Shown here piece after piece: positions 24,733 through 33,802 of a stretch of 64,000 bases of DNA; the first letter of the stretch is position 1; each line of letters begins with the position of its first letter. Under the pieces are notes generated by a model, which saw only the letters and a list, made by a program, of their open reading frames with translations, was not told the origin of the DNA and did not search any database. The DNA lies in contig JBAYMR010000005.1 of assembly GCA_041663445.1 (NCBI GenBank), positions 996 to 64,995 of the forward strand, in the 5' to 3' direction. The stretch is from Candidatus Micrarchaeia archaeon. Its GTDB lineage: Archaea; Micrarchaeota; Micrarchaeia; Anstonellales; Anstonellaceae. The position numbers and the translations under genes were made by a program.

Positions 24733-27700
24733 TTACACAAAATACGAACAGGTGACTGGCTGCGCAGGTCCCTGGCAGATGAAAGTCTGCGTCCTGGCAT
24801 TGTTGTCATAGTCTGTTTCCCACTGCACGTGGGTTGGGTTTGCATTGACAGTGATGTTTTGCAGGCCAGCCACTTCGCATGTGCAGGCGAGGTCGGAATT
24901 GATGTCGGTTTCGTTGACGTCAAGATGCGGAAGGTCGTATTGCAGCAGACCGATAGGGGTGCAGCCGCTTGAGAAGGCTGCCTCGCTCGTGGAATCGTTG
25001 GTGGCGTTCACGTTGCCTATATTTTTCACGCTGACATTGAAATGCACCACCTGGCCCAAGCCCGCGGTTGAGTTGTCAGGGATTATTGACGTTACGGTAT
25101 AGTCAGGGCCCACTGGCCTTTCGGAAATGTCAAATCCGAGCTCGCAATGGAGGGGGATGGCAAGAAGCGTTGAAGCGACATTCACTTTCATGCCCAGCTG
25201 CTGCGGGGCGTTGTTGTGGACAAAGAGCGTGCTGTTCGGGTAGAATGATGCGCCTGTGTAAACCGGGTTCAGCTCTGTCTCGTTGGCAGTCTGGTTCCAA
25301 TAGAACGGAGGGCAAGCAGCTACCTGCCCCTTGCTTGTGCAGTTGGCGAGCACCACAACCAACTCAGATGGCTTGATGGTGCTGTTATGATTCACGAACG
25401 AGAGCGTGCAGCGGTCGGGGACCGGAGAGCAGATGATTGGCTGCTCCTGGAAATTGTCGCCCTCGATTGATTCATTTATGCTGTCCTGGAAGTCCACTCT
25501 CTCCGTGATATTGGAAGTGCCTGGGCTTGAGCAGGTGAATAGCCATGCATCATCCTGCCGGCTCCCGTTTGCAAGCGGGGCTATGCTGAAGTCGTGCACC
25601 ACAGACTGGAAAGCCGCGTGCGTGGTGGAGATGGCAGCTGCAGGCGCAAGGCCGATATTTTTAGTGGTGAAATTCGCCGCGAAAGGCACCCCCATGAAAG
25701 CGACTGGGGGCGCAGAGACGTTGGGAACATAGTTTGGCATGCTTAGGAACGGAACGCAGTGCACAGTGGTTGTGTTGATGTTGTTGTTCTCTCCTTGTTC
25801 GGAGATTGCAAAGCCTGCATCGGCATAAGACTGGAGGGTTACGTCGCCGGGCGTCCACGGGCAGCTTGCAGTGGTGATGTTTGTAACGGATGCGCCGATT
25901 GCAAGCGCTGGGACGTTGAAGTTGACCACTGATGGCTGGTTGGAGATTGACAGGTTGGTGATGGAGGAAACGGTTGCCGAAGCAGTGCCGATGTTTGTTG
26001 TGGTGACGCTTATGCTGAAGGGTATGCCAGTCAGCGCCTCTATTGGCGCGGTTATTGATGAGACATAGTCTGGCTGGTTGGCTGGCGGAATGCATTGCAC
26101 TGTGAATGTGTCGTTGTTGTCAAGCTCGTTTGATTCGCTTACATTCCCGTAGATGTCCGCTGAAGAGCCGAGTGTGATTGATGCCTGGTTGCATGCCACT
26201 GAGACATTGTCCAATCGCGAGCCGCCAACTGGGAGGGAAGGCACGTTGAAAAGCCAGCTTCCGCCGTTCGAGGCAAGGAGCTGCATCTGCGAGGCGTTTG
26301 CACCGGATGCCAGACCGATGTTGCTGGTGTTCACGGTGACGTTGAAGGAGGAGCCATACACTGCGGATGATGGCGCGGAGATTGTGGAGATGTAGTTTGG
26401 CTGGTTGGCGGGCTGGATACAGTGGACGGTGAGGTTCACGACGTTGTTGCTCTCGTTTTGCTCGCCTATCTGCCCCAGGAAATCCACAGTCTCGTTGAAG
26501 AGCATGCTGCCCTCGGATGTGCATGTGAATGATGATGAGCTGCAGACGGCAGTCGCGCCTGCTGCAAGCCCGGTCACGCTGCAGTCGCTAACCCAACCAT
26601 TGTTGCGCGCCAGGCGGGTGGTGGATGATATTGTTGTTCCGGCAGTGCCGTTGTTTTTCGTCTTGGGGGTCAGCGAAAAGCTCTGCCCGACATAAATCGG
26701 CGTGGTCGGCAAAACTTCAAGTATAGGGACGTAGTCTGGAAGGGATGATGGGCTGACAACCACGGTAAACGGGAAAGAGGTGGAACAGATTTTGGTCGCG
26801 CCCGAGCAGTCGGCAGTGGCGCTCGAGTAGTTCACTATGAGGTTGAAGTTGTATGTGCCAGGCGTGCTCGGGGCTGCAAGCGTGCCATACACTGGCGCGC
26901 TCCCCCCAATCGAGACTGTCGGCAGCCCGCTTGTCACGATGGGCTGCGAATATGCCCAGCTTGCATTCACCGCGGTGATTTTGGCAGGCTCGCCGTTTGT
27001 GGATGGATTGATGACTATAAACGAGAAGGAAAGCGGCTGCCCGGGCGGTACCGTGGCAGGCGTGAGCTGCGGGTTGGAGAACTGCACCGCGCTGCAGAGG
27101 AATGGGTTCTTGACGGTTATTGTCGTTGCTGGGCTGGTGAACGTGGTTGGCGAAGCGGAAAGGTTTTTGTAGAAGTACACCGTTGAAGCGCAAGGCGAGT
27201 TGAGGTATGTGGCTGCCGCGGCCAGGCAGCCATCAAGCGAGACTATGGTATTGAACGTGAAGGCTCCGGCTTGGTTCAGCACAATGGGATTGGAAAAAAC
27301 AGGGGATTGGCCAAGATACGGCACTGCCGCCTGATTGTAGGCCGGATTGGAGGAAGAGACGCTTGCCGTGGATTTGCAATAGATTCTAGAGGCAGCCTGG
27401 AAATACGTGTTGCCATTGATGTCCATTACGCCGCCATTGGCATTCATCAGGCGGGATTTCTCGTCTGAAAGTGTGGAAGGGACGTTAATGCCGCCCATGT
27501 AGGTTTGAAATGATGTTGGGCTTGGAAAATATGGGTTTGTGGTGGTCATGCCAGTGTATTGTGACGCAGACACCCATGTGATTGGTTGATTGGTATTCAC
27601 TGTAGTGTAAGGGATGGGGCAGCTTTCCTGGGTTGCCGCGTTTGAAAGCAGCGTGTCGTAGGTGTTGACATACCATGCAGACGATATTGACGCGGGATTG

Positions 27701-27885
27701 ATTTGCGAGCCAACGCAGTAGACCAGGCTGCCGGGCGAGAAGCTCGGGTCGGCTTTTATATCTGTGGAAATATAGCGCACCCATTGGTTCGGCGCGTATG
27801 TGAATGACTCGGTGATTGTCCCTGCAAACGATGCCGAGGCTAGGCAAAGAAGAAAGAAAATGGAAAGTTGCCTCTTGGATGCCAT
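24733..27885 (-). CDS. large secreted protein with multiple CARDB-like repeats
   Basis: Signal peptide MASKRQLSIFFLLCLASASFA. At least five units of the form P(D/N)Y...I.AP....G..F...V.T.NIG.A. The track start at 27897 is an upstream GTG overlapping the preceding stop. Confidence 0.8.
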   Translation of the reverse strand: MASKRQLSIFFLLCLASASFAGTITESFTYAPNQWVRYISTDIKADPSFSPGSLVYCVGSQINPASISSAWYVNTYDTLLSNAATQESCPIPYTTVNTNQPITWVSASQYTGMTTTNPYFPSPTSFQTYMGGINVPSTLSDEKSRLMNANGGVMDINGNTYFQAASRIYCKSTASVSSSNPAYNQAAVPYLGQSPVFSNPIVLNQAGAFTFNTIVSLDGCLAAAATYLNSPCASTVYFYKNLSASPTTFTSPATTITVKNPFLCSAVQFSNPQLTPATVPPGQPLSFSFIVINPSTNGEPAKITAVNASWAYSQPIVTSGLPTVSIGGSAPVYGTLAAPSTPGTYNFNLIVNYSSATADCSGATKICSTSFPFTVVVSPSSLPDYVPILEVLPTTPIYVGQSFSLTPKTKNNGTAGTTISSTTRLARNNGWVSDCSVTGLAAGATAVCSSSSFTCTSEGSMLFNETVDFLGQIGEQNESNNVVNLTVHCIQPANQPNYISTISAPSSAVYGSSFNVTVNTSNIGLASGANASQMQLLASNGGSWLFNVPSLPVGGSRLDNVSVACNQASITLGSSADIYGNVSESNELDNNDTFTVQCIPPANQPDYVSSITAPIEALTGIPFSISVTTTNIGTASATVSSITNLSISNQPSVVNFNVPALAIGASVTNITTASCPWTPGDVTLQSYADAGFAISEQGENNNINTTTVHCVPFLSMPNYVPNVSAPPVAFMGVPFAANFTTKNIGLAPAAAISTTHAAFQSVVHDFSIAPLANGSRQDDAWLFTCSSPGTSNITERVDFQDSINESIEGDNFQEQPIICSPVPDRCTLSFVNHNSTIKPSELVVVLANCTSKGQVAACPPFYWNQTANETELNPVYTGASFYPNSTLFVHNNAPQQLGMKVNVASTLLAIPLHCELGFDISERPVGPDYTVTSIIPDNSTAGLGQVVHFNVSVKNIGNVNATNDSTSEAAFSSGCTPIGLLQYDLPHLDVNETDINSDLACTCEVAGLQNITVNANPTHVQWETDYDNNARTQTFICQGPAQPVTCSYFV

Positions 27886-27896
27886 GGCTAAACACA

Positions 27897-30800
27897 CTAC
27901 TGCAAGTCTACGCCAAAACCTGCTTTGATGCTGAATGGATAGGCGCCTGCAATGTTTTTTTTCGTGCCCACCCCGGCACCGACATACGCGCCCAGCTGGC
28001 CATCGTGATAGCTAACCGTGCCCTGCACCTGGTCAACAGACGCCCTGTTTGGCGCAAGGTTCCTGTCAAGCAAGACCGAGACTTCCAAGCCTTTTATTGG
28101 CGTGACTTTGGTGCCTGCACGGAGGGAGCCGGTATAAGATGGATTGAATTCGCCCACGGCCATGCCAATGCCCCCGGACACTATGGCGCTGATGAACCGG
28201 TTGAAGCAATACTCCGCCACGGCGCCAGCATTTGCATTCGTCCAGAAACTTGAGTTGTTTCCCGCAGCGACCAGCCAGCTTTTGTCCTGCACACCCCTGG
28301 TGGTCTGGTATTGCTCGTTGATGTTGAGGTAAGGCTGGATGTTGAATTTGTCAAGCCCGCCCACGTCTATCCTTCCGACAAGCGTGGCTCCGGCAGAGAG
28401 CACGTTGGCCTTTTCCCCTGTGATTAGCATATAGCCGTCGTTCTGCAGGTAAAGGTAAAGTGCGGACGGGATGGCGGGGACGCTGAATACTGAATATTGC
28501 CCTTCTCCGCCTTTCACTATCGCATAGGTGCCGTCGTCGCCCTTTACATACACTTGGTCATTTTTGGCCTTGAGTTTGGCGGCCTTCTTTTGCTCCTTTG
28601 CGCTCACTCCAAGCGTGGAAAGCTCCGCCTGCAGCAATTCCTTGGTTTCAGCTTCGTTTGCCTCTTGCACAGTGACGATTTCCTTCGTCTTGCCCAGGTC
28701 TATCTGCATGCCGCCTGACACAGACCAGCTGTATTTTGACAGTTGGTACAGGTCAGCAGCATTGAATTTGGTGGAATGCCGGGTGGCGTTGGCCAAGCCA
28801 TCGAATGCCTGATAAAGCTCAGCCCGGCAGTCGGAATTCTGGTCTGAGTTCAGGTAGCCGCGGGCTTCGATGAAATTGGAGCTTTGTATCGCTTTTACAA
28901 ACGCCCCGTAGTTGGATTGGTCTGTCAGGTTGCTTAGTATGAACTCCTTGACGCCGGAAGCATCAAGCCATTCAGTGGTCGCGTTTCGGAGCCCGGTGAA
29001 AAACTCCACGGCCTGGCCGCCAGTCAGGCTCTTGGCCATCCGGTCAGGGTGGAAAAAGCCGTTGCTGTCCACCACAGGGTTGTTCTTGTCTGCCGAAAGC
29101 GAATTGTACAGCGGCTTGAGAGCACTGACGAGCACTGGAGAACCCTGCACGTCAATTGAAGAGGCAGGCATCCCGGGGATTGAGAGATCAACGGATACTC
29201 CTACCGGCTGGAACGAAGTCGGCATGTTATTAATGCGCTGCTCGACGGCTTTGCGGGTGGAAGTGATAACTTTGACTTTCGCAGGTGCCACAAGCTCTTC
29301 AACCGTGAACTTCTGCCCCACGAGCGACGTGGTTATCTTGCCGTCATCAGACTGCGCGTATGCGACTACGGAGTATTCGCCGGGCTTGAGGCCGCTTGCA
29401 GACCATTTGCCAGTCTTGTTGTTGAATGCCAATGGCGCCACTTTGCCTTCGCTGTCCACAACGTAGGCGTTGATGCGTGCGCCGATGCCGATTATGGAAG
29501 GGACGGCGACTATGCCAATCTCGATGCTTGCTCCTTCCCCTTTTTTCACTTCTATGCGGTTTTTTTCAAGCTCGTCCATGCCAACGGAAATGCTGGCTGG
29601 GAGCGAGGTGGAAATCGATGCCGAGCGGGAGCTTCCGTCCCCGCTGTTCTCAATCGCCTCGACAAGCAGGCTCTGGTTGCCGCGGTCTTCCACGCGCAGC
29701 CCTTCCTTGTTGCCAGGGGAGTAGCGCAGCCAGTACTTGTTCATGAGGGCGTAATCGTTTTTGCCAAGCGCATCTGACAGCTTCGTGTGAGCGTTGCGCA
29801 CGTCATCTTTTGGATTTTTCTCAAGGTAGGAAAGCACCGCGTCCATGTGTTCCTTGCCGTGCAGGCTTGCCTTGTTGGCCTTGAGCCAGTCCCGAAGGTC
29901 CGTAGGCAATGACTTGTCGGCCATCAGCCTGCCCATGACCTCAGGGGGCAGGTCCTGGAAAAAGTAAAGCGAAGGCTTGATGTCGGATTCCGAAATATTG
30001 ATGGTGGAAAGATTCTTGCCGGCAAGGCTGGCATTGAGGTCTTTTATGTAATTGTAGACCAGGCCCGCGCGCTCGCCGGCCAGCTTCCAGTTCTCCTTGA
30101 TGGCGTTTGCAAGCGAGCTGTAGTTCTTGCCGTCATAGAAAACCTCTATGCTCGCAGAGCCGTTGACCTGGGGGCTGTTCGCGTTGAGCTTTCCTATGAA
30201 ATTCTGGCCTTCGGGCTTTGCCAGGAAATTTTCAATGGGCTCCTGGAGCTCGGAGCCATACTTGATTGTGAGCCCTTGGAACGCAGACACTGTAAGCCGC
30301 TTGCCGATTTCCGCGTCTTTTTTCGGGTCAACCCTGTACTTTTGGCCATACCAAAGCTCGGCGTTGCCAGATATTTGGGCTATGCCTTTGCCGTTGCCTG
30401 CAAGCGACATTGCGCCTTGCGGGTAGCTGGAAATGTCATTATCGGAAAATGAATGGGACTCGCCGGTAATCTTGGAGGTGAGCCGCGTGGTCTTGCTGGT
30501 GCCGGTGAAGCCAGACTTGATGGAGGGTGCGGCGGCTTTTTGCTCTGGGAGTTCGCCTGTGTACTCGCAGGTGAACTCCACAGTATAGGAGTTTCCCGAA
30601 ATGCCCTTCCGCTCGACAAACTCTGAGCCGAAAATTTCCGAAGTCGTGCCGACCTTGGAATCGAATTTCGCAGGAAGCGACTTGAGGATGCTGTTGGCAA
30701 ACTCATCAGCCTGTTTCCTGTTCGCGAACACGAAGTAGTAGCGCTCGTTCTCGACTGTGCTTTCCGTCTGCTGTGCAGCCGCTGCATTTTGCACGGCGAT

Positions 30801-31190
30801 GTCAAGGACATTGGTGAGCTTGGCGAGTGGGACAGCTGGCAGCAGAAGCTGCCCGCCCTCTGAGCGCGAGGCGTCCAGCACCGCGAAATAATTCTGGTAG
30901 TGGACAAGGTTGCTTGCAAACTGCGCGTTTGTTTTGTTTGCATCGTACAGGTCAAGCAGGCTCTTCAGCCCGACGTCCTTGGCGCCTTTTTCCGTGAGCC
31001 AGGTGGCTGCAGCGCAGCAGAATGCCTTGCTTTTGTCATCCTTGTTTGCGGCGGCAAATGCCTGGACGTCTTTGGAAAATTCGATAAGCGACTTGGCATC
31101 CATTTTGAGGGAAATTAGCCGCGTTTCAAGGTCAGTGAGCGTTGTTGTTTTGCTGTCGGCAACGTTTTTGGATAACTGGAAAAGGAACAC
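27897..31190 (-). CDS. 1097-aa protein of unknown function with an Ig/transthyretin-like middle domain and a beta-rich C-terminus
   Basis: Uninterrupted ORF with no obvious signal peptide. The middle segment is GKVAPLAFNNKTGKWSASGLKPGEYSVVAYAQSDDGKITT. The last ~230 aa show alternating-polarity, Gly-rich strands ending in AGFGVDLQ. Confidence 0.75.
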   Translation of the reverse strand: MFLFQLSKNVADSKTTTLTDLETRLISLKMDAKSLIEFSKDVQAFAAANKDDKSKAFCCAAATWLTEKGAKDVGLKSLLDLYDANKTNAQFASNLVHYQNYFAVLDASRSEGGQLLLPAVPLAKLTNVLDIAVQNAAAAQQTESTVENERYYFVFANRKQADEFANSILKSLPAKFDSKVGTTSEIFGSEFVERKGISGNSYTVEFTCEYTGELPEQKAAAPSIKSGFTGTSKTTRLTSKITGESHSFSDNDISSYPQGAMSLAGNGKGIAQISGNAELWYGQKYRVDPKKDAEIGKRLTVSAFQGLTIKYGSELQEPIENFLAKPEGQNFIGKLNANSPQVNGSASIEVFYDGKNYSSLANAIKENWKLAGERAGLVYNYIKDLNASLAGKNLSTINISESDIKPSLYFFQDLPPEVMGRLMADKSLPTDLRDWLKANKASLHGKEHMDAVLSYLEKNPKDDVRNAHTKLSDALGKNDYALMNKYWLRYSPGNKEGLRVEDRGNQSLLVEAIENSGDGSSRSASISTSLPASISVGMDELEKNRIEVKKGEGASIEIGIVAVPSIIGIGARINAYVVDSEGKVAPLAFNNKTGKWSASGLKPGEYSVVAYAQSDDGKITTSLVGQKFTVEELVAPAKVKVITSTRKAVEQRINNMPTSFQPVGVSVDLSIPGMPASSIDVQGSPVLVSALKPLYNSLSADKNNPVVDSNGFFHPDRMAKSLTGGQAVEFFTGLRNATTEWLDASGVKEFILSNLTDQSNYGAFVKAIQSSNFIEARGYLNSDQNSDCRAELYQAFDGLANATRHSTKFNAADLYQLSKYSWSVSGGMQIDLGKTKEIVTVQEANEAETKELLQAELSTLGVSAKEQKKAAKLKAKNDQVYVKGDDGTYAIVKGGEGQYSVFSVPAIPSALYLYLQNDGYMLITGEKANVLSAGATLVGRIDVGGLDKFNIQPYLNINEQYQTTRGVQDKSWLVAAGNNSSFWTNANAGAVAEYCFNRFISAIVSGGIGMAVGEFNPSYTGSLRAGTKVTPIKGLEVSVLLDRNLAPNRASVDQVQGTVSYHDGQLGAYVGAGVGTKKNIAGAYPFSIKAGFGVDLQ

Positions 31191-31363
31191 ATGACCACCA
31201 CCAATAGATAGGCGGTTTCTCTTTAAAATGGTATTGTGCCTGAAGGGAAAGTCACGTCTATGGAAGCAGGTACATTAGTTGTAACAAATGGAATACCCCT
31301 GATTTGCTACTTCAAACCAAAGGTTTATAAAATGGATGTGCATAAATGGAAAAGCGTGGGAAT

Positions 31364-32194
31364 ATGGCAAACAAATTCAAGGCTACGGCAGTAATCGCAT
31401 CGGCAGTGCTCGTTATGGCATTTGCTGCACCAAAGATGGCAAATGCATCCAAGGCGGCATTCAGGCTGCCGGTGATGAATGAAGACACCATCCGCACGGC
31501 GTGCCAGCCGGGAAATGGCAGCAAGGCAACGCCATATGCCGATGCGCTTAAGGGGTTCGAGGCGCGACTGGCAATGGCGTATAAGGCGCTCGGTGTGGAA
31601 GCCCCAGCCAACAGCAATACCAGGGAGACAGGCATCTCTGCAAAATCGGAAGCGCAAACCGCGCTTTCGGAAGTCAAGGGGAAGATAGGCGCCATAAAAT
31701 CCGCATCGGACAGCGCGGGAATCGCAAATTTCTTCGGTCTTTTGGGCGAGTACGGCAACGTGCTTGGGAAAGATGGGATAAACGAGGCGAAAGCTGCTTT
31801 CAACGCCAAGATGGCTGAGCTGGGCGCGGCTCCTGTGAAAACGAATGTGGCAGCAGATTCCGCGCAGAAGCCGCAGGAAGTTCCGGCAGCAGTAACGGCG
31901 GATTCAGCGCCGCAGACCGGGGCACAGGCGCAGCGGACGGAAGAGGTTGCAGCGGTACAAACGGGCGCACAAGACGGTGCGCGCGCAGAGATTGCGGCGA
32001 TAAGGGCGGAGCTGGACTCGCTGAACAACGGGTTGAAGACGGCAAGCGACTCCACGTTTGCAATCGTTGAAAATAGGATAGTCACAGCTGAAGGCAAATG
32101 CGCAGGCAGCCTCGAGGCAGATGCGCCGCTTGCAGAGGAATTCACGGAATTGAAATCATACTACAACGCAGTGCGCATGAGCGCAAAGGAGTAA
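31364..32194 (+). CDS. secreted alpha-helical Ala-rich protein
   Basis: Signal peptide MANKFKATAVIASAVLVMAFAAPKMANA. Divergent from the 1097-aa gene. Confidence 0.65.
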   Translation: MANKFKATAVIASAVLVMAFAAPKMANASKAAFRLPVMNEDTIRTACQPGNGSKATPYADALKGFEARLAMAYKALGVEAPANSNTRETGISAKSEAQTALSEVKGKIGAIKSASDSAGIANFFGLLGEYGNVLGKDGINEAKAAFNAKMAELGAAPVKTNVAADSAQKPQEVPAAVTADSAPQTGAQAQRTEEVAAVQTGAQDGARAEIAAIRAELDSLNNGLKTASDSTFAIVENRIVTAEGKCAGSLEADAPLAEEFTELKSYYNAVRMSAKE

Positions 32195-32205
32195 GGGGTG
32201 GAAAC

Positions 32206-33702
32206 GTGTCAACAACAATACCATTTATTTTTGCTGCCGGAGCAGCGGCCTTGCCGGCTCCGAAGCCAGCCATCACAGTGCAGATAAAAACACAGGAAAG
32301 TGGAAAAGCCACAATCGCATGGAAGGACGCCGCCGCGCTTTTCCAGAACAAGGAGGTAACGGGCACCAGGGAAGGCGTCTCCGAAGGGACAAGGACAATC
32401 GGTTTTACCGACCCCGCAGGGAACCTCCGCGCGTTCGTGGTCAAGAAAGAGGTCATGCAGAAGTATTACGGCAAGGAAGGCGCGAAATTCGACAACGCAA
32501 ATGAGTGGATTGCGTCGCCAAAGCAGAAAATAAAGATTGGCGGTGAGGGATTTGAGATAACCGCCATTGCGAGCGAGAGGGGCGCGTTCGTCATCAAGGT
32601 CGCGGAAAAGGACAGCACCGCACAAAAAGCGCAGGTAATCTACCTGACAAACGGGATTTACAGGGGCAAGAGCGGCGATTTCGCGATGAACGTCAGCGAC
32701 CAAGGAATAGGCACTGTGGAAAAGGACGGCAACGGCGGCTACAGCGCTGTGGCGCGCCTCTGGAATGCATACGAGGGCGCAAACACATATGCTGCGGGCA
32801 TGGGATACCTTTCAGGGCAGGCGGCATCGGTTGAAATCACTAAGGAGGGCTTTTCAGCCAAGGTGGACACGCTGGCTGCGGTTGATTGCAGGTTCATAGG
32901 CATGCAGAAGGAAAGCCTCAAGGTGCGAGACAAGGCATATTCCAGCAGCAATTTCTTCGAGCAGTACGACGACGGCGGGGCGATTGTGGGGACAAACGAC
33001 TTCACCGCGGGCGCAACGCACTATGTCTGCCCGGAAAGAACGATGGAGCTGTTCGAAAGACAGGACAGCAGCTTCAGCGGCTTTGAAAGCAAGACCCGCG
33101 TGCTGAAGTATGAATACGCGGTTTCAAGCGGTGAAGGGAAGACAGCTGCCGTGGAAAAGGGAAGGGCATATGCGGTAATCGGCGCAGGCGAGGAAAGGAA
33201 GGGCGCGGCGCTTTTCATAGTGGGAAGCATGCAGGTGGATGGCTTCGCCTATGCGCTTACAGGCGAGAGCGTGGTTGCGCTTTCTCCACGCGTAAAGGGG
33301 GCGATAGGCAATTCCGGCGGGCAGGAAATAGGCTGCGCCTTCGCCAAGGGCCAGACATCCCAGTCATTTGCCCTTCTTAGCGTGGACAGCACTGATGCTT
33401 ACGCGCGCGTGGGCAGGATATATTTCCCGGACAACGGGAAGGGGATAGAAATCAGGACCGGCTCCGATGTGATGCTTGGAAGCGCGCCAGCGCCGCTTTC
33501 GGCGAAGGAGCAGAGGCGCAATGAAAGGAAGGGCATAGTTCAGCCCGAGACCGGCCCCGCAAATATCTCCGACCTGGCACTTGGAAGCAACGGGCTTTTC
33601 GTTATCCTTCCCGACAACAGCAAGACGTGCGTGCTGGGCTGGAACAGCGGCTTTGAGCAGCTGAGCCTGGCCAATGAAAACGACGCGCCAAAGCCAAAGT
33701 AA
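32206..33702 (+). CDS. hypothetical protein, probably exported
   Basis: GTG start 8 nt after a GGGGTGG Shine-Dalgarno-like site and 12 nt after the upstream stop. Short hydrophobic N-terminus TTIPFIFAAGAAALPAP. 498 aa with no family recognised. Confidence 0.6.
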   Translation: MSTTIPFIFAAGAAALPAPKPAITVQIKTQESGKATIAWKDAAALFQNKEVTGTREGVSEGTRTIGFTDPAGNLRAFVVKKEVMQKYYGKEGAKFDNANEWIASPKQKIKIGGEGFEITAIASERGAFVIKVAEKDSTAQKAQVIYLTNGIYRGKSGDFAMNVSDQGIGTVEKDGNGGYSAVARLWNAYEGANTYAAGMGYLSGQAASVEITKEGFSAKVDTLAAVDCRFIGMQKESLKVRDKAYSSSNFFEQYDDGGAIVGTNDFTAGATHYVCPERTMELFERQDSSFSGFESKTRVLKYEYAVSSGEGKTAAVEKGRAYAVIGAGEERKGAALFIVGSMQVDGFAYALTGESVVALSPRVKGAIGNSGGQEIGCAFAKGQTSQSFALLSVDSTDAYARVGRIYFPDNGKGIEIRTGSDVMLGSAPAPLSAKEQRRNERKGIVQPETGPANISDLALGSNGLFVILPDNSKTCVLGWNSGFEQLSLANENDAPKPK

Positions 33703-33802
33703 TTTTTTTCGGCAGCATGCGGATGAGGCAACGCCTATCCGCTTTGCCATTTTTCCAGGGGCAAGCGCGCGCTAGCCGCATTCTTTTCCTAGGCAGGAAG
33801 AA

